This document shows positions 1 through 9,630 of a stretch of DNA of 64,000 nt, one piece after another. A program made the translations under genes and the position numbers. How positions within the stretch are numbered: position 1 is the first letter of the stretch; each line of letters begins with the position of its first letter. Below the pieces are notes generated by a model. That model did not search any database. It saw only the letters and a program-made list of their open reading frames with translations, and was not told the origin of the DNA. Source of the stretch: a virus (lineage: Duplodnaviria > Caudoviricetes); the IMG/VR virus record IMGVR_UViG_3300013121_000017, positions 128,001 through 192,000 of that record. One strand, given 5' to 3'.

Positions 1-20
1 TCCTCAGCAAAGAGGAATCG

Positions 21-248
21 GTGGGCAAACCACTGCTTGACCACAGCAGCGGCCTGATGTTCCGCATGGGGCCGAACGGCAGCAACCTCGCTGACTTCGA
101 CCTAACGCCCACTGACGTGGACACACTGGCGCGGGCGTTGGACGCCACGCACTTCGTCTACGTCCTTTCGCCGACCCTGGAAATGGCCGAGGATGAGAAG
201 CAGAGGACTCTGCAATACATCCGGCAGTGCAAAGCCATGATCAAGTAA
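21..248 (+). CDS. hypothetical protein
   Basis: ORF with GAGGA SD upstream, codirectional with the next genes. Confidence 0.6.
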   Translation: MGKPLLDHSSGLMFRMGPNGSNLADFDLTPTDVDTLARALDATHFVYVLSPTLEMAEDEKQRTLQYIRQCKAMIK

Positions 249-267
249 CCCGCAGTGGAGTTCCAAG

Positions 268-1479
268 ATGGACTTCAGTCGATTCATTCCGCAGAAGATG
301 ATCCCGTCTCTCCACTGGCTGGGGCGACGTAATTGGATCGAGTACGGCGACATCCCCGACCGCCGACAGGTCTGGGGTCGGCCCAAGGAACTTGTCTTCC
401 TGAAGCCGGGTGAGACGCAGGCGACCGTGGGCCTCAGAACCCTCGGCGAGAAGATCAGCGTCCTCGGCGACTTGCAGGCCACGCAGCCCGCCCAGGAGTG
501 GATGCGTCGGCCCGAGAAGATGTACGTCACGCACGACGAATTCAAACGTTATCCGAAGGACTTCTGGGAGGAGACACAACGGATTCTCCAGTGGCTCAGT
601 CACAACGTCGTCAGCACCTTCCTCATGTACAGCATGAGTAAGGCTCTGGCGGACGGCCCCAAGCTCTTCCGCGCCACGACGCAGCAGTGCCTGGATCTCG
701 CCAGCGACGAGAGCGAGATGTCCTGCGACTACCCGTTCAGCGACTACCTGCAACCCTACCCGGTGTACATCCTCGAACTGCCCATCGAGTACCAGAACCG
801 GCTGAAGACGATGTTCAAGACCAACGTCGTGCCGACGCACGTCTTCTGCCAGCACGAACCGAACAAGATCATCACGGTATCCGCATTCTTCAGCGTGGAC
901 AACGTCGTCACCCACTTGACCCCCAACCGGGCCGAGTACGAAACGCTGGAAGACGCCATCATCAGCAACCGCCGCCGACGCCCGGTGTCGGCAGACACCG
1001 TGGACCCAACAGCTTACGTTGACGCCGACTTCGACGTGGCTGAAACGGTGCAGCGGCTTGCCATCAACTTCGGCATGTGGATGACCTTCATCGGCACGCA
1101 CATCAAGGGGCCGCTGGAGCCGGAAGAAGCAGCGCGGCTGAAGGAGATCGCCAAGCTGAAGAGCGCGAAGCCGGCCAAGCAGCGGCGGGCCGCAAATGCC
1201 CGGCAACAACTGATGAGCAGCCTGCAACTGGTCTGCTTCAATCAGGTGGTGGAGTTCCACGACGAGATCGTGGAAATCGACACACGTCCCGAACACCAGG
1301 GCGGCACGCACCGCTCGCCGAAGCCGCACCGCCGCAAGGCCCACTGGCGCAATCAGGCGTGTGGCCCCAAACAATCCGAGCGGAAGTGGATTCCGATCAA
1401 GGCCGTGATGGTGCGGAAGCACGCCTTCGTGGGCGACGTTTCCCACCTGACCAGCACCTACATCACCACCAAGAAGTAA
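268..1479 (+). CDS. hypothetical phage protein
   Basis: 403-aa ORF with C-terminal SPKPHRRKAHWRNQACG motif common in uncharacterised phage proteins. Confidence 0.75.
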   Translation: MDFSRFIPQKMIPSLHWLGRRNWIEYGDIPDRRQVWGRPKELVFLKPGETQATVGLRTLGEKISVLGDLQATQPAQEWMRRPEKMYVTHDEFKRYPKDFWEETQRILQWLSHNVVSTFLMYSMSKALADGPKLFRATTQQCLDLASDESEMSCDYPFSDYLQPYPVYILELPIEYQNRLKTMFKTNVVPTHVFCQHEPNKIITVSAFFSVDNVVTHLTPNRAEYETLEDAIISNRRRRPVSADTVDPTAYVDADFDVAETVQRLAINFGMWMTFIGTHIKGPLEPEEAARLKEIAKLKSAKPAKQRRAANARQQLMSSLQLVCFNQVVEFHDEIVEIDTRPEHQGGTHRSPKPHRRKAHWRNQACGPKQSERKWIPIKAVMVRKHAFVGDVSHLTSTYITTKK

Positions 1480-1488
1480 AGGGACGCC

Positions 1489-2028
1489 ATGAACGACGCA
1501 GAATTCAAAAAACGGTTGCGAGAAACACGGTTCGTCGTGGACGCCACGCATGACGAAATGTTCATGTTGTGGGAGAAGTTCTCTGACGAGGCCATGTACA
1601 AGAACCCGCACTTCAACAAGTTCAGGTTCGAGCAGATGAACCCCGGCGTGTCGCAACAGATCGGCACGCTCGACAATCGGCCCGTCTGCATCAGCCTGTT
1701 CTGGTGGAAGATCAACGGCGTGCAGATCATGGTCGTGGAAGGCACGTCACAGGTGGTCGATCACCTGATGATCGAGAAGTGGTTGGAGAAGCACTGCGCC
1801 CCGCGATGGGACAAGGGGACGCGGTTGGCACACTGCAACGCCGCCAACTTCCACCACGTTCTCGACTTCGTCCAGAACGAAGGCCGGCTCCCGGTGGACA
1901 ACGAAGAACAAGAGCGTCTTGACGCCCTGCGGGTTCTCGATAAGCTGGCAGCAGACCGGCAGGAAAGCCGCAACGCAGCCCTGGTCACGCTGGTGCGTTT
2001 AGCGGCGGCAGATCGAAAGCTTCCCTGA
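1489..2028 (+). CDS. hypothetical protein
   Basis: 179-aa ORF directly following the previous gene. Confidence 0.7.
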   Translation: MNDAEFKKRLRETRFVVDATHDEMFMLWEKFSDEAMYKNPHFNKFRFEQMNPGVSQQIGTLDNRPVCISLFWWKINGVQIMVVEGTSQVVDHLMIEKWLEKHCAPRWDKGTRLAHCNAANFHHVLDFVQNEGRLPVDNEEQERLDALRVLDKLAADRQESRNAALVTLVRLAAADRKLP

Positions 2029-2353
2029 CTGCGGCCCAGCCAGGGAAGCCTCCGAAATTACGGTCATCAATGTAGACGGCGGCATAGACCTTCCTACCGG
2101 GTTTGTCGCGGAACTCGTCCTCTGGTCTGTTTTCATTCACCGAGGCAAACTCGACGCCGTGCTTCCTCATGAAGTCTACAGCTTCAGTGAGGTAAGCACG
2201 GCGACTTTCATCCTCCCGGCAGGTGTTCAGGATCAGGATGTGACCGGCGGCTCCCAGATCACGCAGCGTCTCCGCTGCGCCGTCCAGAAGCTCGCCGATC
2301 TCTGGGAACTTGTGCTTGCAGATCGTGCCGTCAAAATCAACGCTTATCAGCAT
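1985..2353 (-). CDS. HAD-superfamily hydrolase (BT0820-like)
   Basis: DFDGT motif I, TCR motif II, YIDDRN motif IV. Confidence 0.85.
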   Translation of the reverse strand: MLISVDFDGTICKHKFPEIGELLDGAAETLRDLGAAGHILILNTCREDESRRAYLTEAVDFMRKHGVEFASVNENRPEDEFRDKPGRKVYAAVYIDDRNFGGFPGWAAVREAFDLPPLNAPA

Positions 2354-2561
2354 CGCTATCTTTCTTGGGCGACTTGGGGTTCATGGCCCTGATCAACGAC
2401 CATCCAATGTAAACACACAAAAGGATGCCGACGCAGAAAAGGATGCCGTAGAACCAAACTGCTTCATGGAGGACATCGCCGAGACTTTGTCCACCAACGG
2501 ACACGCACAAGACGACAACGACCGCGAAGATAACAAGGTCGAGAAGAAGTCTCTTCACCAT
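2337..2561 (-). CDS. small membrane protein
   Basis: two hydrophobic segments; SD GGAGG; overlaps neighbours. Confidence 0.65.
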   Translation of the reverse strand: MVKRLLLDLVIFAVVVVLCVSVGGQSLGDVLHEAVWFYGILFCVGILLCVYIGWSLIRAMNPKSPKKDSDADKR

Positions 2562-3451
2562 TACCTCCTGTCGATTTTGACGTTGTAGGTTCCCTCGGAC
2601 TTCCCATTCCAGGGATTCTCGACAATCTTGAGATACAACTGACCGGGCTGGTCAATCGTCTTCTCTTCGCCGATGAGAAAAGGCGGGCCGTTTTGGTCGA
2701 TCTTGCCGATCAATGCGCCGGCCATGAAGCTGCTGCCCCTGCCAGCCTGTGGCGACCCCTTCGGCGTGGCTTTGTACTGGCCCGGTGTCTGCGGCCACAA
2801 ATCGACCGTGCCGCTGGCCGTCACACGCAGTTTCGACCCCGATGGAAGGGTCACGACCAGCTTCCATTCTTCGTCGGTCACGACGGTCGTGTGCGTCGTG
2901 ATCAGGTTGGCAATCGTCTTGATGTTGGCGACCTCGATGTCGAGTTCGCCGAGAATGCCCTGCTTGACCTTGATGGTCTTGTTGATGATCCGGCCCTTGA
3001 CGCGGCCATCCTCGCTCTCAAAATAGTCGAAGAGCTTGTCCTTGCTGGGCTGTGCTTCCTTCCACCACGTCTCGATCCGCCGCTTCACTTCCAGCTTCCC
3101 ACTGACTTCAGCCTCTGTCGGCATTAGAAGGAAAGCACGGTCGCCGATCTGCCCGAGGTAGTATTGCGCACTTTCACGGTCCTTGTACTTGGGGGAATCG
3201 AGGCCGTTGAACGCCTCCTTGACCCGTTTGGCCTCGTCTTCCGTGAGGTTGTATCCCAGGTTGGCGATTGCCAACTCCGAGCCAGGAATTTTGAGGACAC
3301 CGTACTTCGTTTTCACGTCGAAGACGACACCGGAGATGTCGGCGTTCAGGACGGAGCCGTCGATCAGGACGATCTGGGTTTTGGTTCGGGCTTCCTGGCC
3401 CATGAGGACGCCAGGAACGAGCAGCAGAGCGATGCACAGGAAACGGGTCAT
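2561..3451 (-). CDS. secreted protein with HEAT-like segment and C-terminal beta domain
   Basis: signal peptide MTRFLCIALLLVPG; LDSPKYKDRESAQYYLGQIG HEAT-like helix; GGAGG SD before ATG 3451. Confidence 0.7.
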   Translation of the reverse strand: MTRFLCIALLLVPGVLMGQEARTKTQIVLIDGSVLNADISGVVFDVKTKYGVLKIPGSELAIANLGYNLTEDEAKRVKEAFNGLDSPKYKDRESAQYYLGQIGDRAFLLMPTEAEVSGKLEVKRRIETWWKEAQPSKDKLFDYFESEDGRVKGRIINKTIKVKQGILGELDIEVANIKTIANLITTHTTVVTDEEWKLVVTLPSGSKLRVTASGTVDLWPQTPGQYKATPKGSPQAGRGSSFMAGALIGKIDQNGPPFLIGEEKTIDQPGQLYLKIVENPWNGKSEGTYNVKIDRR

Positions 3452-3509
3452 GGTATGACCTCCGGTGGGCGAAAGCGGGAGAAATTGACGATGGAAAACA
3501 CTCTCCTTT

Positions 3510-4112
3510 TTACCCGTCAATCTTCCCTTCATCCTTTGCTACAGCGGACAGTGCATCATCGTCAAAAAAGAAGGTGTCGTCAAGCTCAAGTAGACGCTCC
3601 AGGGCGACAGCAGTCCATTTGCCGTAGACGAACTTGTACTTGAACGCATGCCCTTCAAGTTCCTCGCTGTGAACGAAGGCGAGCCAGGGCCGGCGAGTCT
3701 TCTTCCAGAGCAACATCGGCTTGCGGTTGACCCCCGGTCGTCTGCCGTCCTTACTGGCCTGCTCAAGGAAGCCGTTAAGCTGCCCTGAGTCCTTCAGCAT
3801 GCACAGATTCAGGTCGATGTCGTCGTAGCCGTTCTTGCTCTCCAGAACCCATTTGAAACCCTTCGGACAGCATAGATCGCCAGTGAGTGTGTCTTTGGCG
3901 TGCTTGGGCAGGTTCTTGACTTGGCCCCAGCGATTGCCCGAGCCTAGCGAACGGCTGAAGCCCTCGCCGAATCGCGCGACAAACAGCTTGACGAGTTCCC
4001 GCTCGGCCCGCTTGCCCTTCTTGCCGCCGTCAACCTTCTTCTTTTTCTTCTTGGACTCGTCAAAGATGTCATCGACATCCAGGCCGTCGTCATTGATGTC
4101 GTCAGGGTTCAT
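3510..4112 (-). CDS. Holliday junction resolvase (PD-(D/E)xK)
   Basis: KGKRAERE...GSG...GDL...ESKNG pattern typical of phage resolvases. Confidence 0.8.
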   Translation of the reverse strand: MNPDDINDDGLDVDDIFDESKKKKKKVDGGKKGKRAERELVKLFVARFGEGFSRSLGSGNRWGQVKNLPKHAKDTLTGDLCCPKGFKWVLESKNGYDDIDLNLCMLKDSGQLNGFLEQASKDGRRPGVNRKPMLLWKKTRRPWLAFVHSEELEGHAFKYKFVYGKWTAVALERLLELDDTFFFDDDALSAVAKDEGKIDG

Positions 4113-5182
4113 TATCGCTCCAAATCTCTCCGCACTCCTTGCAAATCTTGATTGATGTTGTGAAGTAGTGTAACCACTTCATTGTAACCTTGCGGCGTCA
4201 GCGAGTTTTCGCTCTCAATCTGAGCGTACTCCTTGTCGATCTCATCCAGCGTTTCCCGCAGCATGGTCATGACGTTGGCCATCTCCGAGTTCTTGCCCAG
4301 CGGCTTCACGTCCGGGCCACGCAGAATCTTGACCCGCTGGCCGTCATGCTGCCACGGCACGGGCTGCTGCTGATTGACAGAAAACCGCCGGTAACGAATG
4401 TCCTCGCCCTTCAAACCGAACATCCACACTTCCTTGGGCGTCAGATCGTAAAGCTTGTGCCGGGCGAAGCCCGGCATACGCCGCAGTTCGTGGAGCGAGT
4501 TGACCCCCGCCGTCCAGATTTCCGGCGTCGAGCAGAACCAGATCTGGCCCAGGCTTTCCCGTGTGTCGGCAACCCAGATGGGCCGATGTTCATTGCGAAA
4601 GAGCCACAGCCGCTTCTCCTCGGGGATGTTCTCGGCGACGGCGGCAGCCATGTGGCCGACGTTGATGAATGAGAAAATGTCCTTCAGACCCATCAGTCGC
4701 GCGGCCACGTCCGCCGGCTCGCCGGGGAACTTCGCGGCAGCTTTGGCGGCGTCGGCCCCCACGATGATCCGCATCAGGATTTCCGAATCACAGCCCGACT
4801 CGACCTCATACTTCCTTCGCAGGGCCGCGTACTCGGCGTCCGTCACCCTGCCGTTGTGGATCAGGGCGAGGGTTTGTTCTTGATTCAAGAAAGGGTGGTT
4901 GTTCTTGTTGTCCTCGGGCGGTCCCATGCCCTGGCTTGCGCCACGGGCGTGCATGATGAGCATCTGACAGTTCTTCTCGCCAAGCGATTTCCACGGCTCC
5001 TGGCGGACGTACAAGGCCGACCGAACAGGCTGTTTGTGGTAATGGATCGTGTCCCCTTCAGAGCCATAAAACCCTGATGCGTCAATGCCACGGGACTCAA
5101 GTCGCTCGAAAAGTCTTCCTGCAAGTTTGAATGTCAAGGCGGGGTTCTTTGAAACCCCGATGTATCCGGCAATCCCGCACAA
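4112..5182 (-). CDS. class II glutamine amidotransferase
   Basis: N-terminal MCGIAG (TTG start), RGIDASG, HAR, NNHPF, HNG, CDSE motifs. Confidence 0.9.
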   Translation of the reverse strand: MCGIAGYIGVSKNPALTFKLAGRLFERLESRGIDASGFYGSEGDTIHYHKQPVRSALYVRQEPWKSLGEKNCQMLIMHARGASQGMGPPEDNKNNHPFLNQEQTLALIHNGRVTDAEYAALRRKYEVESGCDSEILMRIIVGADAAKAAAKFPGEPADVAARLMGLKDIFSFINVGHMAAAVAENIPEEKRLWLFRNEHRPIWVADTRESLGQIWFCSTPEIWTAGVNSLHELRRMPGFARHKLYDLTPKEVWMFGLKGEDIRYRRFSVNQQQPVPWQHDGQRVKILRGPDVKPLGKNSEMANVMTMLRETLDEIDKEYAQIESENSLTPQGYNEVVTLLHNINQDLQGVRRDLER

Positions 5183-5190
5183 GTTTCACC

Positions 5191-5769
5191 TCACATGCCC
5201 ATAGGAGTTGGCGGCGGCGGCTGGCCAGTGCCGGCCCCTGGCGTCGGTGGCGCTCCCGCGTTTGGATCGAGGGGGTTCGGATCGGCTGCTGGTGCAGCCC
5301 CACCCGGCGCAGGCGGGGTTTCCGGCGGCTTGTCTTCTGGAGGATTCTTTTCCTTGTCGCTGGTTGCCTTGTCAGAAGTGTCTGGATCGTCCGACGTGTT
5401 GGCCCCAATCTTGTTGATCGGCACACCCATCTTGCCAAGCACCTTCTCTAGCTCGCTGGAGGCTCCCGAGATGACTTCTTCCAAGCCTTCGCGTTCCTCG
5501 ATTGCCTTCATCATAGCCACGCCAATCTTCTGGAGCGGCTTGAGGAACTTGAGTTCGTCTTTCGGCCAGTGTGTGTGCAGGACTCGGCGGATTTGATTGA
5601 CGATCTTTTCGGCGTAGCGGACGAGACTGCGGCTGCCCATGCTCTTGGCATCGTCGCGCAGTTCTTGCAGAGCGGTTAGAATGTCGCCCATCTTGCCGCC
5701 CAGGTAGACCCGGTTTTCCAGCAAGATGAAGTCTTTGAACCCGAACTCATCCCAATTTGGTACAGCCAC
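5191..5769 (-). CDS. hypothetical protein with Pro-rich tail, probably virion-associated
   Basis: GFKDFILLE N-terminal motif; low-complexity C-terminus. Confidence 0.7.
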   Translation of the reverse strand: MAVPNWDEFGFKDFILLENRVYLGGKMGDILTALQELRDDAKSMGSRSLVRYAEKIVNQIRRVLHTHWPKDELKFLKPLQKIGVAMMKAIEEREGLEEVISGASSELEKVLGKMGVPINKIGANTSDDPDTSDKATSDKEKNPPEDKPPETPPAPGGAAPAADPNPLDPNAGAPPTPGAGTGQPPPPTPMGM

Positions 5770-5787
5770 GTTCCTCCATTCGGTACT

Positions 5788-7452
5788 TCATTGTAATTCA
5801 TCTTTCACGACCACGTCCCCGGATGTCACAGCCTGAAGTCGCTTCAGGCCAGCCTCCATAAGGCCCAGGAACAGCGGGGCCGGCGACATCAGACGGCTGC
5901 GGAACTCCGGGTGGGCCTGCGTACCGATGTAGTAGGGGTGGACCGTCCGATCCAGTTCCATCACTTCTACCAGCCCCGACTGCGGATTCTTGCCGCTGAC
6001 CTTGAAGCCCTTCGCAGCCATCCCTTCTAGGTAGGCCGGATTCACTTCATAACGGTGTCGATGTCGCTCGCTAATCAGCTTTTTCCGGTACAGATCGTAA
6101 GCCAACGAGTCCTTCACAAGCTCGCAGTCGTAGGCTCCCAGCCTCATGTTGGCCGACTTGTCGGTCAGTTCCTCCTGGCCGGCGACGAAGTGGACGACCG
6201 GGTTAGGCGTCTTGGCGTCAAACTCAATAGAGTTTGCGTCCAGCGTTAAGACGCTGCGGGCGAACTCGATTACGGCACATTGCAGACCCAGGCAGATGCC
6301 GAGGAACGGCAACTTGTGTTCCCTCGCCCACTTGGCCCCGCGAATCTTACCCTCAACCCCACGGCAGTCAAAGCCGCCCGGAACGATTAACGCATGGAGA
6401 TCCTCGAAAAACTTCCCCAGGCCACGTTTGCAGTTCTCTACGTCCTCCGCAGAGATCCAATGGATGTTGACGCGGGCGTTGATTGCGGCAGCCGAGTGAA
6501 CGAGAGCTTCCTTCAATGACAGGTATGCCTCATCACAATTCTCGATGTACTTGGCCAACACTCCGACATGCACTTCCGGCAGATCAGGCGCGACCATCTT
6601 CTCGCAGACTTCCTTGTGTTTCTTGATGTTGATGCCGTTCCGCCCAAAACGGAAACGATCAATGATCAAATCATCCACGTCGCGGCTGTAGAACTCCATC
6701 GCGACGTGGTACAGAGTCTTCACGTCGGGCGCGGCGAAGATCGCCTTCCGGCGTACCCCCGTGAGGTGACCGATCTTGTCCAGAATCTTCGGCGGCAGAT
6801 CGCGGTCGCCGGGGCAGCGGCAAAGCAAGATGTCAGGCGTCAGGCCGAAGCTCTGGAGCATCTCGATGGACTGCTGGAGCGGCTTGGTTTTGAACTCCCG
6901 AATCGTGGGAACCCACAGGATCGGCGCGACGTGAACGATCATCACGTCATCGAAGTTGTCGTGCTTGAACTGCCGCACGGCCTTCAAGAACGGGCCGCTC
7001 TCGATGTCGCCCACCGTGCCGCCGATCTCGACAATGACGCAATCCTGGCCCTCGCCGAGCATCCTGAGCCGGTCCTGAATCTTGTCGGTGACATGTGGGA
7101 TGAGTTGAACGGTCTGGCCCAGGTACTTCCCTTCCTTTTGCTCGGCAAGAAGCTCCTCATAGACTTGGCCGCTGGTGAGGATGTTCTTGCTGGAGACTTC
7201 GACGCCCATGATGCGTTCGTAGGTTCCCAGGTCGAGATCCGTTTCGCTGCCGTCGTCGCAAAGGAACACTTCCCCGTGTTCACGGGGCGAGAGAATGCCG
7301 GCATTGACGTTGAGGTAGGGGTCGAACTTGACCGGCAATACCTTCAAGTCCCTCATCTTCAAAAGGAGGCCCAAACTGGCGGTGCTAACACCCTTGCCAG
7401 AACCAGAATAAACGCCACCCACGACGATGATGTACTTGCTTGACATTGCCAC
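5788..7452 (-). CDS. pyrG: CTP synthase
   Basis: KFDPYLNVNAG, EHGEVF, GGTVGDIES, GICLG, RHRHRYE, HPEF motifs. Confidence 0.97.
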   Translation of the reverse strand: MAMSSKYIIVVGGVYSGSGKGVSTASLGLLLKMRDLKVLPVKFDPYLNVNAGILSPREHGEVFLCDDGSETDLDLGTYERIMGVEVSSKNILTSGQVYEELLAEQKEGKYLGQTVQLIPHVTDKIQDRLRMLGEGQDCVIVEIGGTVGDIESGPFLKAVRQFKHDNFDDVMIVHVAPILWVPTIREFKTKPLQQSIEMLQSFGLTPDILLCRCPGDRDLPPKILDKIGHLTGVRRKAIFAAPDVKTLYHVAMEFYSRDVDDLIIDRFRFGRNGINIKKHKEVCEKMVAPDLPEVHVGVLAKYIENCDEAYLSLKEALVHSAAAINARVNIHWISAEDVENCKRGLGKFFEDLHALIVPGGFDCRGVEGKIRGAKWAREHKLPFLGICLGLQCAVIEFARSVLTLDANSIEFDAKTPNPVVHFVAGQEELTDKSANMRLGAYDCELVKDSLAYDLYRKKLISERHRHRYEVNPAYLEGMAAKGFKVSGKNPQSGLVEVMELDRTVHPYYIGTQAHPEFRSRLMSPAPLFLGLMEAGLKRLQAVTSGDVVVKDELQ

Positions 7453-7486
7453 ACCCTTATATACGAAAGTTGCTTGTCAACCCATG

Positions 7487-7514
7487 AAAAACCCGACCCT
7501 TTCAGGTCGGGTTT
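7487..7514 (-). terminator. intrinsic terminator
   Basis: AAACCCGACC/GGTCGGGTTT stem with a U-tract on the minus strand. Confidence 0.65.
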
Positions 7515-7549
7515 ACCCTCTTCATCATACGAAGTTTCAGTAAAGACCG

Positions 7550-9025
7550 CTACTTCAGATGAGTTGACAAGCCGCGAAACTGCTTGGTGAGTTTGTATTG
7601 CATACAAGGGAGGACAAACGACTTGATCAAATCGAAAAAGTCATCTCGGGCGTCTTTGTTTAGCCCCAACCACCAATACTCTGCCTCTCTTCCAGTGTTC
7701 TTGTTGAGTTTGGTTCCGTGCCGAACTTTGACATCCTTGATCCCCCATTCGTATGCAAGCCACTCAACCAGCAACTCGTTCTCCTGTTTAGAGAACGAAT
7801 GAGTCGCGATGTTGCAAGAATAGGTGTCAGAAGCACAAGACCCATCATCCATGTACCAGACCGCCAACCCCACAGGATGGTCGATTTCATCGAGCCAATT
7901 CATGCCAACTGTCTTCCGACCTTCTGCGCCGCAGTAAATGGTGTCATACGCAGAACGCATGCTTTCAAACCCAGTCGTATTGAACCTCCACTGCGGCCCG
8001 CCGTACCCGTCACGATTAGAGTGCCAGCAAGGAGGAGTGTCAACAAACCGTTTGAGTTGCTCGTAGAGCCAAAACACATAATCCTTCTGAGCTTCGCAAT
8101 GGTTGATTCTAAGACTGGCGTAATTTGGGGATCGCCTCAAGCCGCCATCGCCCAACAAAGTGCCATAAAAGATGTTCCTCTCCCATTCTGTAAGAGCCGA
8201 GGAAAAATTGGCCTTCTCACATCCGCAGTCTTGGACCCCCTGGAACCTGAGTTTATGAGCCGCGACAACACATTTGTTGCCACAGTCACACAAACACGAC
8301 CAGCCATAACTTTGGCCCTTCATCCAATGAGATGTTTTTTCCAACACCACCAGTTTGCCGAACCTCTGTCCTGTGAGATCGACAACCAAACCACCAGGGT
8401 TATCAGAAGTACCTCTTACTCCATGCCGACGCAAATATGCTGCTTGACAGCGAATCGTTCCATCGTCCGTAAAAGGCTTTCCGCAATTTGGCCGCAACAT
8501 CCTCCTGATACTGCGAGAGGCAAATGTACAATTCAAGCCGCATTCACAAACACAGTCCCAGGTCGCCTCCCCCCATTTGCTTGTCGCACTTCTACCGACG
8601 ATCTTGAGGCTGCCAAGTTGCTTGCCTGTCAGATCAATCAACACGGCAGCAGGCTTGTAGCACTTTCCACATGTCTTGGTATGACCCTGACGCAGAGAGT
8701 TGCCACAAGTAGAAAATTCATTGCCGCAGTCACACCTCATCAGGTATTTTCGTTGTCCATGTTTGTTGTAACCGTCTTGAGCCAAGACTACAAGTTTGCC
8801 ATATCTTTCCCCTGGATGCACGGTTGGACTCGGGCCGGGGTGCTGACCGCAGCCACAACTTTTTGTAACGCCGTTTCGTAAAGATTGACCCCAAGTGATT
8901 GTTATGTTGCCACAATCACATTGACACTCCCATCGGGGACGTGCTTGCCCGCCAGAGATCAGATTTTCGGCCCTCTTCAGGACAACCAATTTGCCGAATC
9001 TCATGCCGGTCAGGTCAATCAGCAT
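7550..9025 (-). CDS. LAGLIDADG homing endonuclease with four N-terminal Cys-rich repeats
   Basis: repeats like DLTGxRFGKLVV...WxCxCDCG; GTLLGDGGL and WYMDDGS motifs. Confidence 0.85.
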   Translation of the reverse strand: MLIDLTGMRFGKLVVLKRAENLISGGQARPRWECQCDCGNITITWGQSLRNGVTKSCGCGQHPGPSPTVHPGERYGKLVVLAQDGYNKHGQRKYLMRCDCGNEFSTCGNSLRQGHTKTCGKCYKPAAVLIDLTGKQLGSLKIVGRSATSKWGEATWDCVCECGLNCTFASRSIRRMLRPNCGKPFTDDGTIRCQAAYLRRHGVRGTSDNPGGLVVDLTGQRFGKLVVLEKTSHWMKGQSYGWSCLCDCGNKCVVAAHKLRFQGVQDCGCEKANFSSALTEWERNIFYGTLLGDGGLRRSPNYASLRINHCEAQKDYVFWLYEQLKRFVDTPPCWHSNRDGYGGPQWRFNTTGFESMRSAYDTIYCGAEGRKTVGMNWLDEIDHPVGLAVWYMDDGSCASDTYSCNIATHSFSKQENELLVEWLAYEWGIKDVKVRHGTKLNKNTGREAEYWWLGLNKDARDDFFDLIKSFVLPCMQYKLTKQFRGLSTHLK

Positions 9026-9575
9026 TAAATCTCTCCGCGACCAGCCGGCACATCTCGATGAAGTACCCCTGATCATAGATCCGCTTCATCATGTTGACAT
9101 CCTTGTGAATCCACTGAATGTTCCCGCGAACATACCCCTTTGACGAGTCGATTCTGTCAAGCGAGGCGGTGTGCGGATCTCCAGTCAGGCGACTGTAGTT
9201 GATCGTGAGTGGCAGGCCAGTAAGGGCGCACTTCCTGTCTTGTTGAAGGAACCGCTTCCATGCGTATTTCATCGTGATGTCAAACTCAACCGGAATTCGC
9301 CGTCCCTTGCCACCAGCAGCCCCGCGTTTGATCGCATCCCAATAGTTGCCGCTGATGTCGCCGTAACCACGCCACTGTTTGTGGCGTCGTCCCTTCCGAC
9401 GATGGCAACCACAACTCTTTGAGTTGCCCTGGACCAGATGGGTTGAAAGGACGGCTTTCTTGTTACCGCAGCGACACTCACACTCCCAGTAAGTGTCACG
9501 ACGACCCTCTACCCGCACACGTCGGAGAACCTTCCAGAACCCGACCGTCTTACCTGTGAAGTCTTGACGAAGCAT
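9015..9575 (-). CDS. HNH-family homing endonuclease
   Basis: WECECRCG repeat; SLDRIDSSKGYVRGNIQWIHKDVN motif. Confidence 0.85.
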   Translation of the reverse strand: MLRQDFTGKTVGFWKVLRRVRVEGRRDTYWECECRCGNKKAVLSTHLVQGNSKSCGCHRRKGRRHKQWRGYGDISGNYWDAIKRGAAGGKGRRIPVEFDITMKYAWKRFLQQDRKCALTGLPLTINYSRLTGDPHTASLDRIDSSKGYVRGNIQWIHKDVNMMKRIYDQGYFIEMCRLVAERFNAD

Positions 9576-9624
9576 ATACCTCCTCTGGTTGTTGACATTA
9601 TAGCGCGACCACCAGAGGAGGTAT
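9576..9624 (-). promoter_or_regulatory. SD-sequestering hairpin with TATAAT in the loop
   Basis: perfect 14-bp inverted repeat ATACCTCCTCTGGT/ACCAGAGGAGGTAT abutting the HNH start codon. Confidence 0.7.
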
Positions 9625-9630
9625 TTGTCA

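Noticed and set aside
241-1656. Long antisense ORFs (also 9670-11154, 43043-44500, 55152-56360, 57464-58957)
   Set aside because: Shadow frames of well-supported genes on the opposite strand, expected with high GC3.
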